From an uncultured Planctomycetota bacterium (GTDB taxonomy: Bacteria > Planctomycetota > Planctomycetia > Isosphaerales > Isosphaeraceae): DNA of 64,000 nt. Shown here piece after piece: positions 53,983 through 64,000 of this stretch. Below the pieces are notes generated by a model. It made no database searches and was not told the DNA's origin. It saw only the letters and a list, made by a program, of their open reading frames with translations. Both the position numbers and the translations under genes were made by a program. Every line of letters begins with the position of its first letter. Position 1 is the first letter of the stretch. Where the stretch lies: contig CAWJTV010000020.1 of the NCBI GenBank assembly GCA_963845755.1, forward strand, positions 320,001-384,000, written 5' to 3'.

Positions 53983-55422
53983 ATGATGATGACGGATCGG
54001 CCCGGGACCCTGGGCGAGCTGAAGTCGAGCGGTTATCGAATGGAGTCGGTCAAGGACGAGATGAGGAGAAACCTGATCGCCAAGCTCGAGGCGGGCGAGT
54101 CGATATTCCCGCACATCCTCGGCTACGAGGAGACGGTGATCCCGCAGATCGAGAACGGCATCCTCTCCCGGCACGATCTGTTGTTCCTGGGCCTGCGCGG
54201 GCAGGCCAAGACCCGGATGCTCCGCCAACTGGTCCATCTCCTCGATGACGCGATCCCGATCATCGCCGGCTCCGAGGTCAACGATCATCCGTTCGCCCCG
54301 GTTTCCAGATACGCCCGCGATCTGATCGCCGATCAGGGCGACCGGACTCCGGTCGAGTGGATCGGCCGGGACCGTCGCTATCAGGAGAAGCTCGCGACTC
54401 CCGACGTCACCATCGCCGACCTGATCGGCGAGGTCGACATGATCAAGCACGCCGAGGGCCGATACCTCTCGAGCGAGCTGACCATGCACTTCGGCCTGAT
54501 CCCTCGGACCAACCGCGGCATCTTCTGCATCAACGAACTCCCGGATCTCGCACCCAAGATCCAGGTGGGCCTGTTCAACGTGTTGGAGGAGCGGGACATC
54601 CAGATCCGCGGCTACCCGGTCCGGCTGGATCTCGACGTCTGCATGGTCTTCTCGGCGAACCCGGAGGACTACACGAATCGCGGCCGGATCGTGACCCCGC
54701 TCAAGGACCGCATCGGCTCGGTCGTCCGGACTCATTATCCGCTCACGCGGGAGATCGGCATCGCGATCAGCGACCAGAACGCCTGGCTCGAGCGAGGGGG
54801 CAACGGTAATGCCTCCCTGGTCATCCCGCAGTACGTCAAGGAGACGGTCGAGGAAGTGGCACGGCTGGCGCGATCGTCGCCGCACGTGAATCAGCAATCG
54901 GGTGTCTCGGTGCGGATGTCGATCGCGAACCTGGAGAATGTGGTCTCGAACGCCGAGCGCCGGTCGATCATCAACCGGGAGCGGTGGATCGTCCCGCGCG
55001 TCTCCGACCTTACCGCGGCCGCGGCCAGCGCGCGCGGCAAGCTCGAGCTGACGATGTCGGAGGATGATGGGCATGAAGACAAGCTGATCCATAGGATCAT
55101 CGGCGAGGCGACCAAGAACATCTTCGGTCTGCATGTCGACGTCCGTGAGCTCCGCCCCGTGGTGGATTACTTCGAGTCCGGTCATAGCGTCGAGGTCGGC
55201 GATCGGTTGCCGGCTCGCACGCTGCTCGAGCGCATCGCCAAGGTCCCCGGCCTGCGGAAGCGGGCCGAGGAACTCGCCGCCAAGGCCACCCCCGACGTCT
55301 CCGATCGCGATGCCCGCGAGGCCGCGATCGCCGGCGCCGCGGAATTCCTCCTCGAGGGACTCCATGTGCACAATAAGCTGAACAAGTCCGCCAAGGAGGG
55401 CGGGGCGAGCTACCGGCGGTGA
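53983..55422 (+). CDS. Mg-chelatase-like AAA+ ATPase
   Basis: Walker A 'GLRGQAKT', 'NRGIFCINELPDL', 'ANPEDYTNRGRI..PLKDR'. Confidence 0.85.
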   Translation: MMMTDRPGTLGELKSSGYRMESVKDEMRRNLIAKLEAGESIFPHILGYEETVIPQIENGILSRHDLLFLGLRGQAKTRMLRQLVHLLDDAIPIIAGSEVNDHPFAPVSRYARDLIADQGDRTPVEWIGRDRRYQEKLATPDVTIADLIGEVDMIKHAEGRYLSSELTMHFGLIPRTNRGIFCINELPDLAPKIQVGLFNVLEERDIQIRGYPVRLDLDVCMVFSANPEDYTNRGRIVTPLKDRIGSVVRTHYPLTREIGIAISDQNAWLERGGNGNASLVIPQYVKETVEEVARLARSSPHVNQQSGVSVRMSIANLENVVSNAERRSIINRERWIVPRVSDLTAAAASARGKLELTMSEDDGHEDKLIHRIIGEATKNIFGLHVDVRELRPVVDYFESGHSVEVGDRLPARTLLERIAKVPGLRKRAEELAAKATPDVSDRDAREAAIAGAAEFLLEGLHVHNKLNKSAKEGGASYRR

Positions 55423-55491
55423 GCGGTGGCTCTTTTCTCGATCCGATCTCTCGAATTGGAAACTGATCTTACGAATTCCCGAGGGCCGGTC

Positions 55492-56631
55492 ATGGCACTC
55501 TTCGAATACACCAAATGGGACGGCTCTCAGCATTTCCTCCCCCAGTCGGCCGACAAGGTCTTCGACCAGCTTTCCGAATTTCTCATGCAATATGGCGAGC
55601 GCGTCCTGCAGAACATGGATGAGCTCGAGGAAGAGATGCCGGAAATCGTCGAGCTGATCCAGAAGGAAGGCCTGATCGAGAAGGACCTCGAGGGCCAGTG
55701 GCGAGTCACGCCTCGCGGAATGCGGCGCGTCCAGGATAAGGCACTCGAGGACCTGTTCCAGTCGTTCCGCCGTGACTCGCTCGGCCGTCACGACACGCAG
55801 GAAAAAGGCGAGGGGACGGTCCCGGTCGAGGACACGCGGCCCTACGTTTATGGTGACTCACTCGCCAACCTCAACATGCACGAGACCGTGAAGAACGCCT
55901 ATATTCGGCAAGGCGGCGGCGTGCCGATCCGGCTCAGCTCCGAAGACTACGTCGTGCACGAGACGGAATATCAAACGCGTTGCGCGACGGTCGTCCTGAT
56001 CGACATGAGCGGGTCGATGAGCCGCTACGGGAAGTATTACACGACGAAGAAGGTCGCCCTGGCCCTCCAGGCGATGGTCCGGTCCAGGTACCCGCAAGAC
56101 TCGCTCCAGATGATCGGATTCTATACGTTCGCCAACCTGATGAACGAGCGGCAGCTCATCAACTCGGCGCCGAAGCCGGTCAGCATGTTCGATTCCCGGA
56201 TTCATCTGCGATTCGACCTCGATCATCCGGCCGGCCGTGTCCCGCAGCACTTCACCAACATCCACGCGGGCCTGCGGCTGGCGAGGAGTGTCCTGACCCG
56301 CCAACCCGCCGTGAACAAGCAGATCATCGTCATCACCGACGGCGAGCCCACCGCGCACATCGAGGGCCGCGAGGTCGTCCTGATCTACCCGCCCGCCGAG
56401 AAGACCGCGACGCACACCCTCGCCGAGGTCCGCCACTGTGCCAACGCGGGGATTCGCGTCTCGAGCTTCGCGCTAATCGAGGATTATTTCTATCTGAATC
56501 TCGTCAATTTCGTCGAAGACATGGCCCGGGTCTCGAAGGGCGTCGCCGCCTATTGCTCGACCGACGACATCGGCAATCTCGTCTTCGAGAGCTTCGTCGG
56601 CGGGCGACGAACGCGGCGATTCGGAAATTAA
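55492..56631 (+). CDS. vWA (MIDAS) domain protein, partner of the upstream AAA+ ATPase
   Basis: 'IDMSGSM' (DxSxS), 'TNIHAGL', 'ITDGEPTAH'. Confidence 0.88.
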   Translation: MALFEYTKWDGSQHFLPQSADKVFDQLSEFLMQYGERVLQNMDELEEEMPEIVELIQKEGLIEKDLEGQWRVTPRGMRRVQDKALEDLFQSFRRDSLGRHDTQEKGEGTVPVEDTRPYVYGDSLANLNMHETVKNAYIRQGGGVPIRLSSEDYVVHETEYQTRCATVVLIDMSGSMSRYGKYYTTKKVALALQAMVRSRYPQDSLQMIGFYTFANLMNERQLINSAPKPVSMFDSRIHLRFDLDHPAGRVPQHFTNIHAGLRLARSVLTRQPAVNKQIIVITDGEPTAHIEGREVVLIYPPAEKTATHTLAEVRHCANAGIRVSSFALIEDYFYLNLVNFVEDMARVSKGVAAYCSTDDIGNLVFESFVGGRRTRRFGN

Positions 56632-56687
56632 CTCGGCCCCATTCGGAGATCTCTGGCTGAAGCGACCGTTTCCCTTGAGTGCCCGCT

Positions 56688-57076
56688 CTAGGAAGGGGAC
56701 GAACCAGTAGCCACGCCCTGGGTACCGATGCAGGACGCCGCGTTGGCCTGCCCCGCCCATGACACCCAGATCCCTGGAGGGAGAATGGACGAGAAACGTG
56801 AGATCGCGCTGATCCGGTCGCCCGTCCGTAACCGTGGTCTCATGGAAGCGGACGACCCATCTCTTAAAGGGCCAGGCGACCTCACCATTGACGACCTCAC
56901 CCCTCGCGGCGATGCGCACCTCAACCACAAGTCGCCTCGCTAGCAAACAACGGCGTCGATGGTGCCGACGTCGGCTCTCGCTCGCCTCGACTCATCCGCG
57001 ACGAGAGTAACGCCAGTGTCAAGCAGAGACCAAGGCCGATGCAAAGGCTCCAGAGTCTCGTTGCTAGCTGGTTCAT
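56688..57076 (-). CDS. Small hypothetical secreted protein, frameshift near 56930; 3' end uncertain
   Basis: Purine-rich RBS, then 'MNQLATRLWSLCIGLGLCLTLALL...' which joins 'LVVEVRIAARGEVV...LTFLVHSPSRDLG' in another frame. Confidence 0.45.
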
Positions 57077-57110
57077 GGCCCTCTCCCTCAGTTGTGCAAG
57101 ACCCTTTCGG

Positions 57111-57699
57111 TCAACCGTCCGGGTTCTCGAGCAGCTCCTTCAATCGCTCCGATAACGGGGCAGGAAGTCGAGACAGCCAGGTCTCGTCCAGCAGCCCGAC
57201 GTCGATCATGTCTCGCAAGTGCGTTCGGTCCTTGTCTCGAAACGATGTCAGTTTCATCCGAACCAATGACTCCAACGCGACCACGCGAAATGTCGGTGTC
57301 GCTTCCGCCTCGGTAACCTCCGGCGCCGCCACGGGATCTTGCGATCGGACGCGTTCACCGGCGAAAATGATGTGGACGGCATCGCGGGCCTTGGCGCGGC
57401 CCATCGAGGAACATGTCGATCCCCTTGACATGCCGAAACACGAACCCGGCCTTCGCGAATGCAGATTTCGCCGCCTCGAGGTCGGATCGTCTCAGCAGGA
57501 TGTCAACATCCTGAGTATTGCGCACGGCGGATTCATCGACTCGAGCAACCCATGCAGCCACGGCGTTGCCTCCGATGACGGCGTAGGGGATGTTCGCCTC
57601 TTCGAGGGCGCCGGAGGCACGGTGTAAGCGTTCCCGAACTTTTTCCACGGCTCTCACCATCCTGTCCAGAATGTCTTCTCCCCAGCGAATGCTCGTCAT
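57111..57699 (-). CDS. Nucleotidyltransferase (DUF6036/AbiEii-like), frameshift near 57400
   Basis: 'YAVIGGNAV', 'RNTQDVDIL', C-terminal 'MKLTSFRDKD..HL'. Confidence 0.8.
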
Positions 57700-57727
57700 C
57701 GTTACTTCCTCGGTACGCTTGACCAAA

Positions 57728-59072
57728 TCACGCCCATTGCTTCTCGAGCGTATACGGGAGCACTTTGACCCCTCGGCTTTTCAACGAAGCTAGCGCGTCC
57801 TTCAACCGCATCTGCTGCTCGGACCAGGCCGATCGTTCCAGGAAGGTCAGACCCGGACGGCTGGCGAGCGGGTCCCGGACCTCGTTCTCATCGAGGAGGA
57901 AAACGAAATCGCCGCGGCCGAGATCTAGCGACTCGATCAATTGGGCCGTTTGGGCGACATGCGGATCGGCGTGCTCCACGCCACCGGCGCCGACCAGGGA
58001 CAACAGGCTGATCTTCAATCCGGATGCCCTGAGATCGATCACCGTGGTACGCAGCTCGTCGTCGGTCCAGGTCTTGTGGTACAACTCACGCACCATCGGG
58101 GCGCCCGATTCTACGCCGAGACTGACACGGACCAGTCCTCGCTCGGCGAACGCGCACCAGGCGGCTCGATCCGGACGAGGGGGAGTGAAATCGTCGAGGA
58201 AGGCATGAATGCCATCGAGCCGTGGCGTGACCAGGTCGGTATCATCGCGATCGGCCGCTGAAGATGATCGCCCGGCTGCGATCGGGAACATCTTTCGGAC
58301 TTCTTCGAGATAAGCCGCGACGTCTGCCGCCGGGCAGCGAAGCACGTCGCTCCCAGCCAGGAACGCGAGCCGACCCTGCAGGAGCCGGCGCCCCCAGAGC
58401 GACGATACCTCACGGGCATGCCGTTCGAACTCCGCTGGCGTGGCGCACATAATGCTCGGCCACGGGACTCATGCCGAAGCTTCGCCCGTCGGCATGTCCG
58501 AGCGTCGCCTGGAGGATGACCGCATTCAGGCAATCGGGTGGCAGGAAGGGCAGGGGGCCATAGGTCGCCAGGTAGCGCTCGCGGTGGGCGAACCAGGCCG
58601 CCGTATCCCAGCGACTGATTCGGTCCAGGAAATCGTCGAGCTCGTCGGGCCCGAGGGATCGCGCTTTGTCCGGGGGCGGCTCGCGGAACCGGAGGCGGCC
58701 GGCACTCGAGTCCGCAAGCAACTCCAGCGCAACGGAACGGATCCCGAGATCAAGGTCCGTGGCTTCCTCGTAGCCCAGTCGGCGCCGTCTCAGCACGAGA
58801 TTCGGGCCCTCGCGGACCCGATCGATGGCATGGATCTCGGCATCCAGTCCCTTGAGGTAGTGGATGCCATCCGCGAAGATCCGCTGCCAGCGGCCCTCGA
58901 GGTCGAAATGGTAGATCGGAGCATCGCCGAAGTAGAGTGAGAATGCCCCTGGCTTGAAGCCGGCGAAGATCGGATCACCATCCCCCCCCCGCGGTTCCAG
59001 GCCGATCCGTTTTCGATATAAGCCGCCCTGCGCGAACAGGCACGCCGCTTCGGTGAGATGCTCGGACTCCAT
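57728..59072 (-). CDS. Radical-SAM-fold protein lacking CxxxCxxC, frameshift near 58442
   Basis: 'FDLEGR' N-domain, 'YGPLPFLPPD...ILQATLG', 'GLVRVSLGVESG', 'LVGAGG' resemble radical-SAM barrel motifs. Confidence 0.65.
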
Positions 59073-59207
59073 GGCACTCCACTCCGGTTTTGGAGGACAC
59101 GCGAAATCGCCCTCCTCGTAACTGGGGACACTCATTATATTACCCGCCGCGAACGAAGAGCCTAAGTATTCCCGGGATCGCAGGAGGGAACCGTGGAAGA
59201 GGAGACC

Positions 59208-60884
59208 ATGCCGCCAGGCATGCGCGGTGAGGATGTCGTCCCCGGCCACGGATCGCGGTGGATCGAGCCGATCGCCATCTTCGTGTTGGCGCTGGCTCTC
59301 AATCTGGCCGGCAACCGCGGGACCGGTCTCTGGGACCGCGACGAGCCAAGATACGCCGTTTGCGTCCGCGAGATGCGGGCCAGCCATGACTGGATCTTTC
59401 CGACTTACAACGGCGAGCCGCGTTACCATAAGCCGATCCTGATCTACTGGCTGATGGGGTTGACCACCGCCATTGCCGGTGACAATCCGTTCGGCGTCCG
59501 CCTGGTCTCGGGGCTGGCCGGGGCCATCACGGCGGTGGGAGTCTGGTGGCTGGGCCGGCGAATGCTCGGACCGCGTGGAGGGTTCCTGTCGGCGTTGATC
59601 TTCACCACCGCGCCGATCGTGGTTGCCGAGTCGAAGCTGGCGACGACCGACGCCACCCTGATGCTCTGCCTCTTCGGCTGCCAGAGCTGCCTCTGGGTCC
59701 TGAGTCGGCGTCCATGCCGAAAGGCGGCAGCCGGGTTCTGGGTGCTGCTGAGCCTGGCGATCCTGACCAAGGGACCAGTCGGGCCGGCCTTGATCGGGGT
59801 ATCGGCACTCGCGAGCTGGTGGTGGGGCTGGCCGGTACCGCCTCGGGAACGGCTGCACTGGCGCTGGGGGCTGGCGGGACTCCTCATCCTGACATCTCCC
59901 TGGTTTATCGCCGTCACCGTCGCCTCGCATGGCGAGTTTCTCCGGTTCGCAGTCGGCAAGCAGATCGTCCACCGTCTCGCGACCGACATGGAGGCACACG
60001 GCGGGTTTCCCGGCTATTATCCGGTCGTCTCGACGCTCGTCTTCTATCCCTGGTCGTCGCTCCTGCCCGCGGCGATCGTCATGGGCTGGTCGCGACGGAA
60101 GGTCGATCCCAACGTGAGTTTCCTGCTCGGGTGGGTGGCCGGTCCCCTCCTCCTGCTCGAGTGCTTTCAGACCAAGTTGATCCACTATTATCTCCCGGCG
60201 TTCCCGGCCTGTTCTCTCCTGGTTGCCTGGCTGATCCGCTCGCTCGAAGAGGAGAAGGTCCATTTTCGGAGACTCGCTTTCGGAAGGATCGGACTGATCG
60301 TTCTGGTCGGGATCGGGCTGGCCCTGACGGCTCTCCTGGTGGCCGGGACGACGTTGATACCGGGGGACCTCCGTTCGCCCTTGATCGCGATCGCCGCGCT
60401 CATCGTGATGGGAACGCTGGCCGGAGCTCGACTGTTGCGGCGGGGTGCCGGCGAACGGGCCATCGATGTCCTCGCCACGACCTGGGCGCTGGTCCTCCTG
60501 GCCTTCTGTGGTTGGCTCGTCCCGATGGGCGAGCCCTATCGCACATCGCGGGTCGTCGGCGAACGACTGGCCTCACTCTCGAATCGGATGGGTTTGGAGC
60601 CCGTCCTCCTGGAGTACCAGGAGCCGGGTGTCATCTACGCGCTGGGCCACTCCGCCGCGCTCACGCGCGACCGCGACGGTTTCTTCGCCCATCTCGAAGG
60701 CGGTCGAGCCGTGCTGACCGTTCTACTCGCGAATGAAATCCAGGTGATGCGCAGTCACTTCGGACTGGATGTGAGACCGATCGATCACGTTGACGGATTC
60801 GTGCTGACCAAGGGGAAACGGCAGACCCTTCACCTCGCGGCAGTTCGACAGGCTGGTGCAGCGACGGACACGAAAGTCCGATAG
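59208..60884 (+). CDS. ArnT/PMT-like (GT83/GT39) membrane glycosyltransferase
   Basis: 'DRDEPRYA...REM...W..P..NGEPRYHKP.L.YW', 'LTKGPVG', 'TKL.HY.LP'. Confidence 0.9.
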   Translation: MPPGMRGEDVVPGHGSRWIEPIAIFVLALALNLAGNRGTGLWDRDEPRYAVCVREMRASHDWIFPTYNGEPRYHKPILIYWLMGLTTAIAGDNPFGVRLVSGLAGAITAVGVWWLGRRMLGPRGGFLSALIFTTAPIVVAESKLATTDATLMLCLFGCQSCLWVLSRRPCRKAAAGFWVLLSLAILTKGPVGPALIGVSALASWWWGWPVPPRERLHWRWGLAGLLILTSPWFIAVTVASHGEFLRFAVGKQIVHRLATDMEAHGGFPGYYPVVSTLVFYPWSSLLPAAIVMGWSRRKVDPNVSFLLGWVAGPLLLLECFQTKLIHYYLPAFPACSLLVAWLIRSLEEEKVHFRRLAFGRIGLIVLVGIGLALTALLVAGTTLIPGDLRSPLIAIAALIVMGTLAGARLLRRGAGERAIDVLATTWALVLLAFCGWLVPMGEPYRTSRVVGERLASLSNRMGLEPVLLEYQEPGVIYALGHSAALTRDRDGFFAHLEGGRAVLTVLLANEIQVMRSHFGLDVRPIDHVDGFVLTKGKRQTLHLAAVRQAGAATDTKVR

Positions 60885-61063
60885 GAGTGCCGCCACCGTG
60901 CGCTCGACTCGCTGTAGTTGGTCTCGGGTGGATTTCCAGCCACTGGTCGCATTTGAGAGAATCCATGCAAGGTAGCGCGACCGCCGTTCCTGAAAGCTCG
61001 ACCGCGCGTGTTGTCCCGATCGAGACGGACTTGCAGGTTGGAGTGGTTGGTGCTTTCTAGCCG

Positions 61064-61185
61064 ATTATACTGCCGTGGCCTCTGGGGACACTAACCCGAA
61101 GCGTGAGCGAGGGCGTCAAACCGTTGCCTCGTTTACACTTCGGGTTGGTATGGAATGTCTCATTTCTGACCGCGTGCGGTATAAT
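61064..61185. mobile_element. ~120-bp palindromic MITE/REP composite
   Basis: Ends attatactgccgtgg / ccgcgtgcggtataat; internal arms aacccgaagcgtgagcgagg / cctcgtttacacttcgggtt. Confidence 0.6.
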
Positions 61186-61622
61186 TACATTTTGTTGATA
61201 TTGCCGGTGATGAGTTTTTTGAGTTCGTCCTCCGAATCGGAAGAATCACACACTGATTGATGGTTCCATGTATCCAACTTGTCGTGCTCGCTCGCGTTTT
61301 GATGGACAACTGGGCCTGACGCGCCCTCGTAGGCGCCGGTCCCGAGTCGGGGGCATCGATCGCGAGCGACCTCCCAGACACAAGAACGAAGGTCAGATCA
61401 TCAGGATGCCGCAACCTTGAAAAAACGTGAACGCGTTTTGGCCGAAATGGGCAAGACCATCGACTTAAGTTCTTATGCTACAAGGAAAAAGTTTTTTGAA
61501 AATTTCGTGTGCCGGTGGATTAGGTCGGGTACCCGACCGGACGTCGGCCAATTCCCCCCGCGAGGAGAGCGGCCAGGTATCCGGCGACCGCCTTGTGAGA
61601 TATCGAGTTCCTGGCGGTTGCC

Positions 61623-62234
61623 TCATCGACCTGGCGAACCGGCTTGCTGCTGTCGGATCAGGTCATAATACTCCCGTGCGGGGCTGGAGGGATCGGGCCG
61701 CCAGGCCGGGCGGTCGTGGGCTACAAGGCGCTCGGCGTACAGGAGAAGCAGGCCCGGATGCCTGCCGAAGTCCAGGGGCGTGCGGGGGGATTCATCGACG
61801 TCGGACAGGACTCCCGAGAGCGGCCAGGACTGCAAGACATCGGCCAGCAGCGCATTCAGCGGATCGGCGGGGTCGATTGCGCGCGCCCGGTTGAGGATTT
61901 GCGGGAGGTATCGGAGTAGGAGGTCGGCCGACAAGTGCTGCGATGGCGTTCGCGGCGGCTCGGACATCCGGATCCGCCGCCTGAGGTCGCCCAGCCGCTC
62001 GTCGTGATTGACCAGGGCCCAGCTCGATTGGCGCACGAGGTCGGCGGCCTCGAGGGCGGTCGCCGGATCAAACGCGATCCGAGGTCCGGCAACCGAGAGG
62101 ACATGCGCATCGAACGCCTCGGCAAGGATCGCCAGGTCGCGCTCTGTCGGCTGGTCCCGCGGACCCTTCGACGCGTGGAAGATGATCCTTCCCTGGTCCA
62201 GAAGGTGAGTGAGGAAATCCCGAAAGGCGGGCAT
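61623..62234 (-). CDS. Hypothetical protein resembling bpX4 of MoxR-vWA-beta-propeller ternary systems
   Basis: 'FL..LL..GR', 'HLSADLLLRYLP', 'WPLSGV', 'LLLYAERL' (recalled family motifs). Confidence 0.65.
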   Translation of the reverse strand: MPAFRDFLTHLLDQGRIIFHASKGPRDQPTERDLAILAEAFDAHVLSVAGPRIAFDPATALEAADLVRQSSWALVNHDERLGDLRRRIRMSEPPRTPSQHLSADLLLRYLPQILNRARAIDPADPLNALLADVLQSWPLSGVLSDVDESPRTPLDFGRHPGLLLLYAERLVAHDRPAWRPDPSSPAREYYDLIRQQQAGSPGR

Positions 62235-62524
62235 GTCCGTGTGTGATCCCCATCTCGAGGCCCGATCAACCTGCCATCCAGGATACCCGAACGAGAATGT
62301 TTTCGACGACCCGATCGGCTGTGAAACCCGTCGAGGTCGATGTCAGAGCGAGCGTCCTGTACGACCGACGAGGCGACTCCGCGGAGTCTGCTCGAGGGCG
62401 AGCTCGTCCCAGCCGATTGACATGGACTCGACGCGGAGGACAATGGTCCGGCCGGGGCATCTCTTTCGCCGCGAGCATCCATCGAAATCCGGGACCGATC
62501 CCAGCTCAATGTCAGGAGCGACCC

Positions 62525-63788
62525 ATGGCTCGTTTCACGCTACCCGCCATCTTTCTGATCCTCATCCCGCTCAGTGCCGTCCGTGCGGGCGAACTGCCGA
62601 AGTCCGAGCCGGCCGAGGTCGGGCTCTCGGCGGAGACGCTCGGAAAGCTGCAGCCGGCGCTCCAGAAGCTCGTCGACGAGGGGAAGGTTCCCGGCGGCGT
62701 CACCGTGGTCGCCCGTCATGGAAAAGTCGGCTACCTCACCACCTTCGGCTATCGCGACCTCGCCAGCAAGGCCCCGATGACCGAGGATACGATCTTTGCG
62801 ATCGCCTCGATGACCAAGCCGATCACCTGCACCGCCGTGATGACGCTGGTCGAGCAGGGCAAGCTCCGGCTGGACGACCCGGTGTCGAAATACATCCCCG
62901 AACTGAAGGACCTGCGCGTCCTGGGCAATGCCAAGGATGACACCAAGGACGAGGTCTCCACGGTGCCGGCCAGGCGGCCGGTCATGATCCGCGACCTGCT
63001 CTCGCACACCTCGGGATTCGCCTACGGCGGGATCCTGTCGTTCAACGCCCGGCTGGGGCGGACCTATGAACGCGCCGGAGTCGAACGCGATGAGGGGTGG
63101 TCTGAAGACGATCAAGGAGCAGGTCGAACGCCTCGCCAAGGTCCCGCTCGCCCACCAGCCCGGAGAAGGATGGACCTACGGACTCAGCCACGACGTGCTC
63201 GGCCGCGTGGTCGAGGTGGTCTCCGAGAAAAGCCTCGACCAGTATCTGCAAGGGCGGATCTTGCAACCGCTCGACATGCACGACACGTTCTTCTTCGTCC
63301 CCGAGGGCAAGCGGGATCGCGTGGCGACGATCTATCGCTCGGCGGATGGAGGAACCCTGACTCCCCTCCCCAAGAGCTATGGTTCCAAGACGTTCTTCTC
63401 CGGGGGCGGCGGCCTGTTCTCGACGGCCCGCGACTACACCCGGTTCGCCCAGATGATGCTCAACGGCGGCGAGCTGGACGGTGAGCGGATCCTCAAGCCC
63501 GAGACAATTGCGATGATGACGACGAACCAGATCGGCGACATCGACGCGAAGATCGCCGGGATCAACCTGGGGAAGTATGGACTGGGGTTCGGGCTGATGC
63601 TGATCCCGCCGAGAGCGGAAGGACCGCCGGTCCTGAGCAGCTATTACTGGGGCGGCTACTTCTCGACCAACTTCTGGATCGACCCCCGCCACGACCTGGT
63701 CGCCGTGATCATGACCCAGGTGTTGCCGACGAACCACGGCGGCTCCCTCGAGGTGTTCCGCCGCGCGGTGGGCTCCGCGATCCATTAG
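62525..63788 (+). CDS. Secreted serine hydrolase (beta-lactamase/class C-like), frameshift near 63095
   Basis: Signal peptide; SxxK 'ASMTK', 'LLSHTSG', 'QPGEGWTYG', 'GGGGLFST', 'WGG..STNFWIDP'. Confidence 0.9.
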
Positions 63789-63896
63789 AGCGCGTAACGA
63801 TTGCATTGCGAATGCGCCCGCCGCGAGCGATCGCGCCCACCGCAGCCAGGGGGGACGATGTCCGGCGGCGGACCGCAGCGCCGCAGGAAACTTCCG

Positions 63897-63987
63897 GCAC
63901 CCCTTCAGGGTGCACACGAGGAAGGCGCGGGGTGCACGAGTCCCAGGGTTTCACCCTGGGCTGGGTTTCCGCGGCCCTTCAGGTCGC
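63897..63987. repeat. Three-hairpin REP-like element
   Basis: gcaccc-cttca-gggtgc; cccagggt-ttc-accctggg; gcggcc-cttca-ggtcgc. Confidence 0.7.
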
Positions 63988-64000
63988 AGAACATCGGCTG

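Noticed and set aside
36570..55791. Long antisense ORFs (e.g. 36570..38231, 41543..43042, 53941..55791)
   Set aside because: Shadow ORFs opposite well-conserved genes, expected in high-GC DNA
61195..61290. Fluoride riboswitch-like 'ggtgatgag...ctgat'
   Set aside because: The pseudoknot pairing is absent and no downstream same-strand gene exists
891..63788. Programmed frameshifting as a genome-wide system
   Set aside because: No common slippery sequence or downstream structure at the breaks; sequencing error is simpler

Overview
A GC-rich bacterial chromosomal window that looks planctomycete (Isosphaeraceae/Singulisphaera-like). That assignment is inferred from gene content: a PVC-type heme-binding CxxCH protein, a PEP-CTERM protein, an 'LExRxLL'-type N-terminal motif, and planctomycete-style REP palindromes. 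Housekeeping genes are csrA, rsmA, ribE, pyrC, sucC/sucD, leuS and prs, plus a glcF-like and a ybbN/cnoX-like gene. These are interspersed with secreted and accessory genes. About 15 genes, including pyrC and ybbN, are split by single-base indels, which points to uncorrected long-read errors rather than real pseudogenes, so ORF-track boundaries and one apparent fusion are unreliable. I found no rRNA, tRNA, CRISPR array or intact transposase. Best leads: (1) an unannotated ~270-350 nt, densely base-paired multi-junction RNA candidate at 16971-17315; (2) an accessory island (3.6-7.1 kb) with a translationally coupled Schlafen/AlbA_2-HATPase + ParA-like pair, a 334-bp MITE with TIRs and target duplication, and a decayed Uma2 nuclease; (3) a radical-SAM-fold gene lacking the CxxxCxxC triad, apparently co-transcribed with a nucleotidyltransferase and a small secreted protein; (4) a promoter-to-terminator sRNA/sORF unit at ~22857-23050; (5) an orphan bpX4-like gene. 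All family assignments come from motif recognition by eye; no database search was run.
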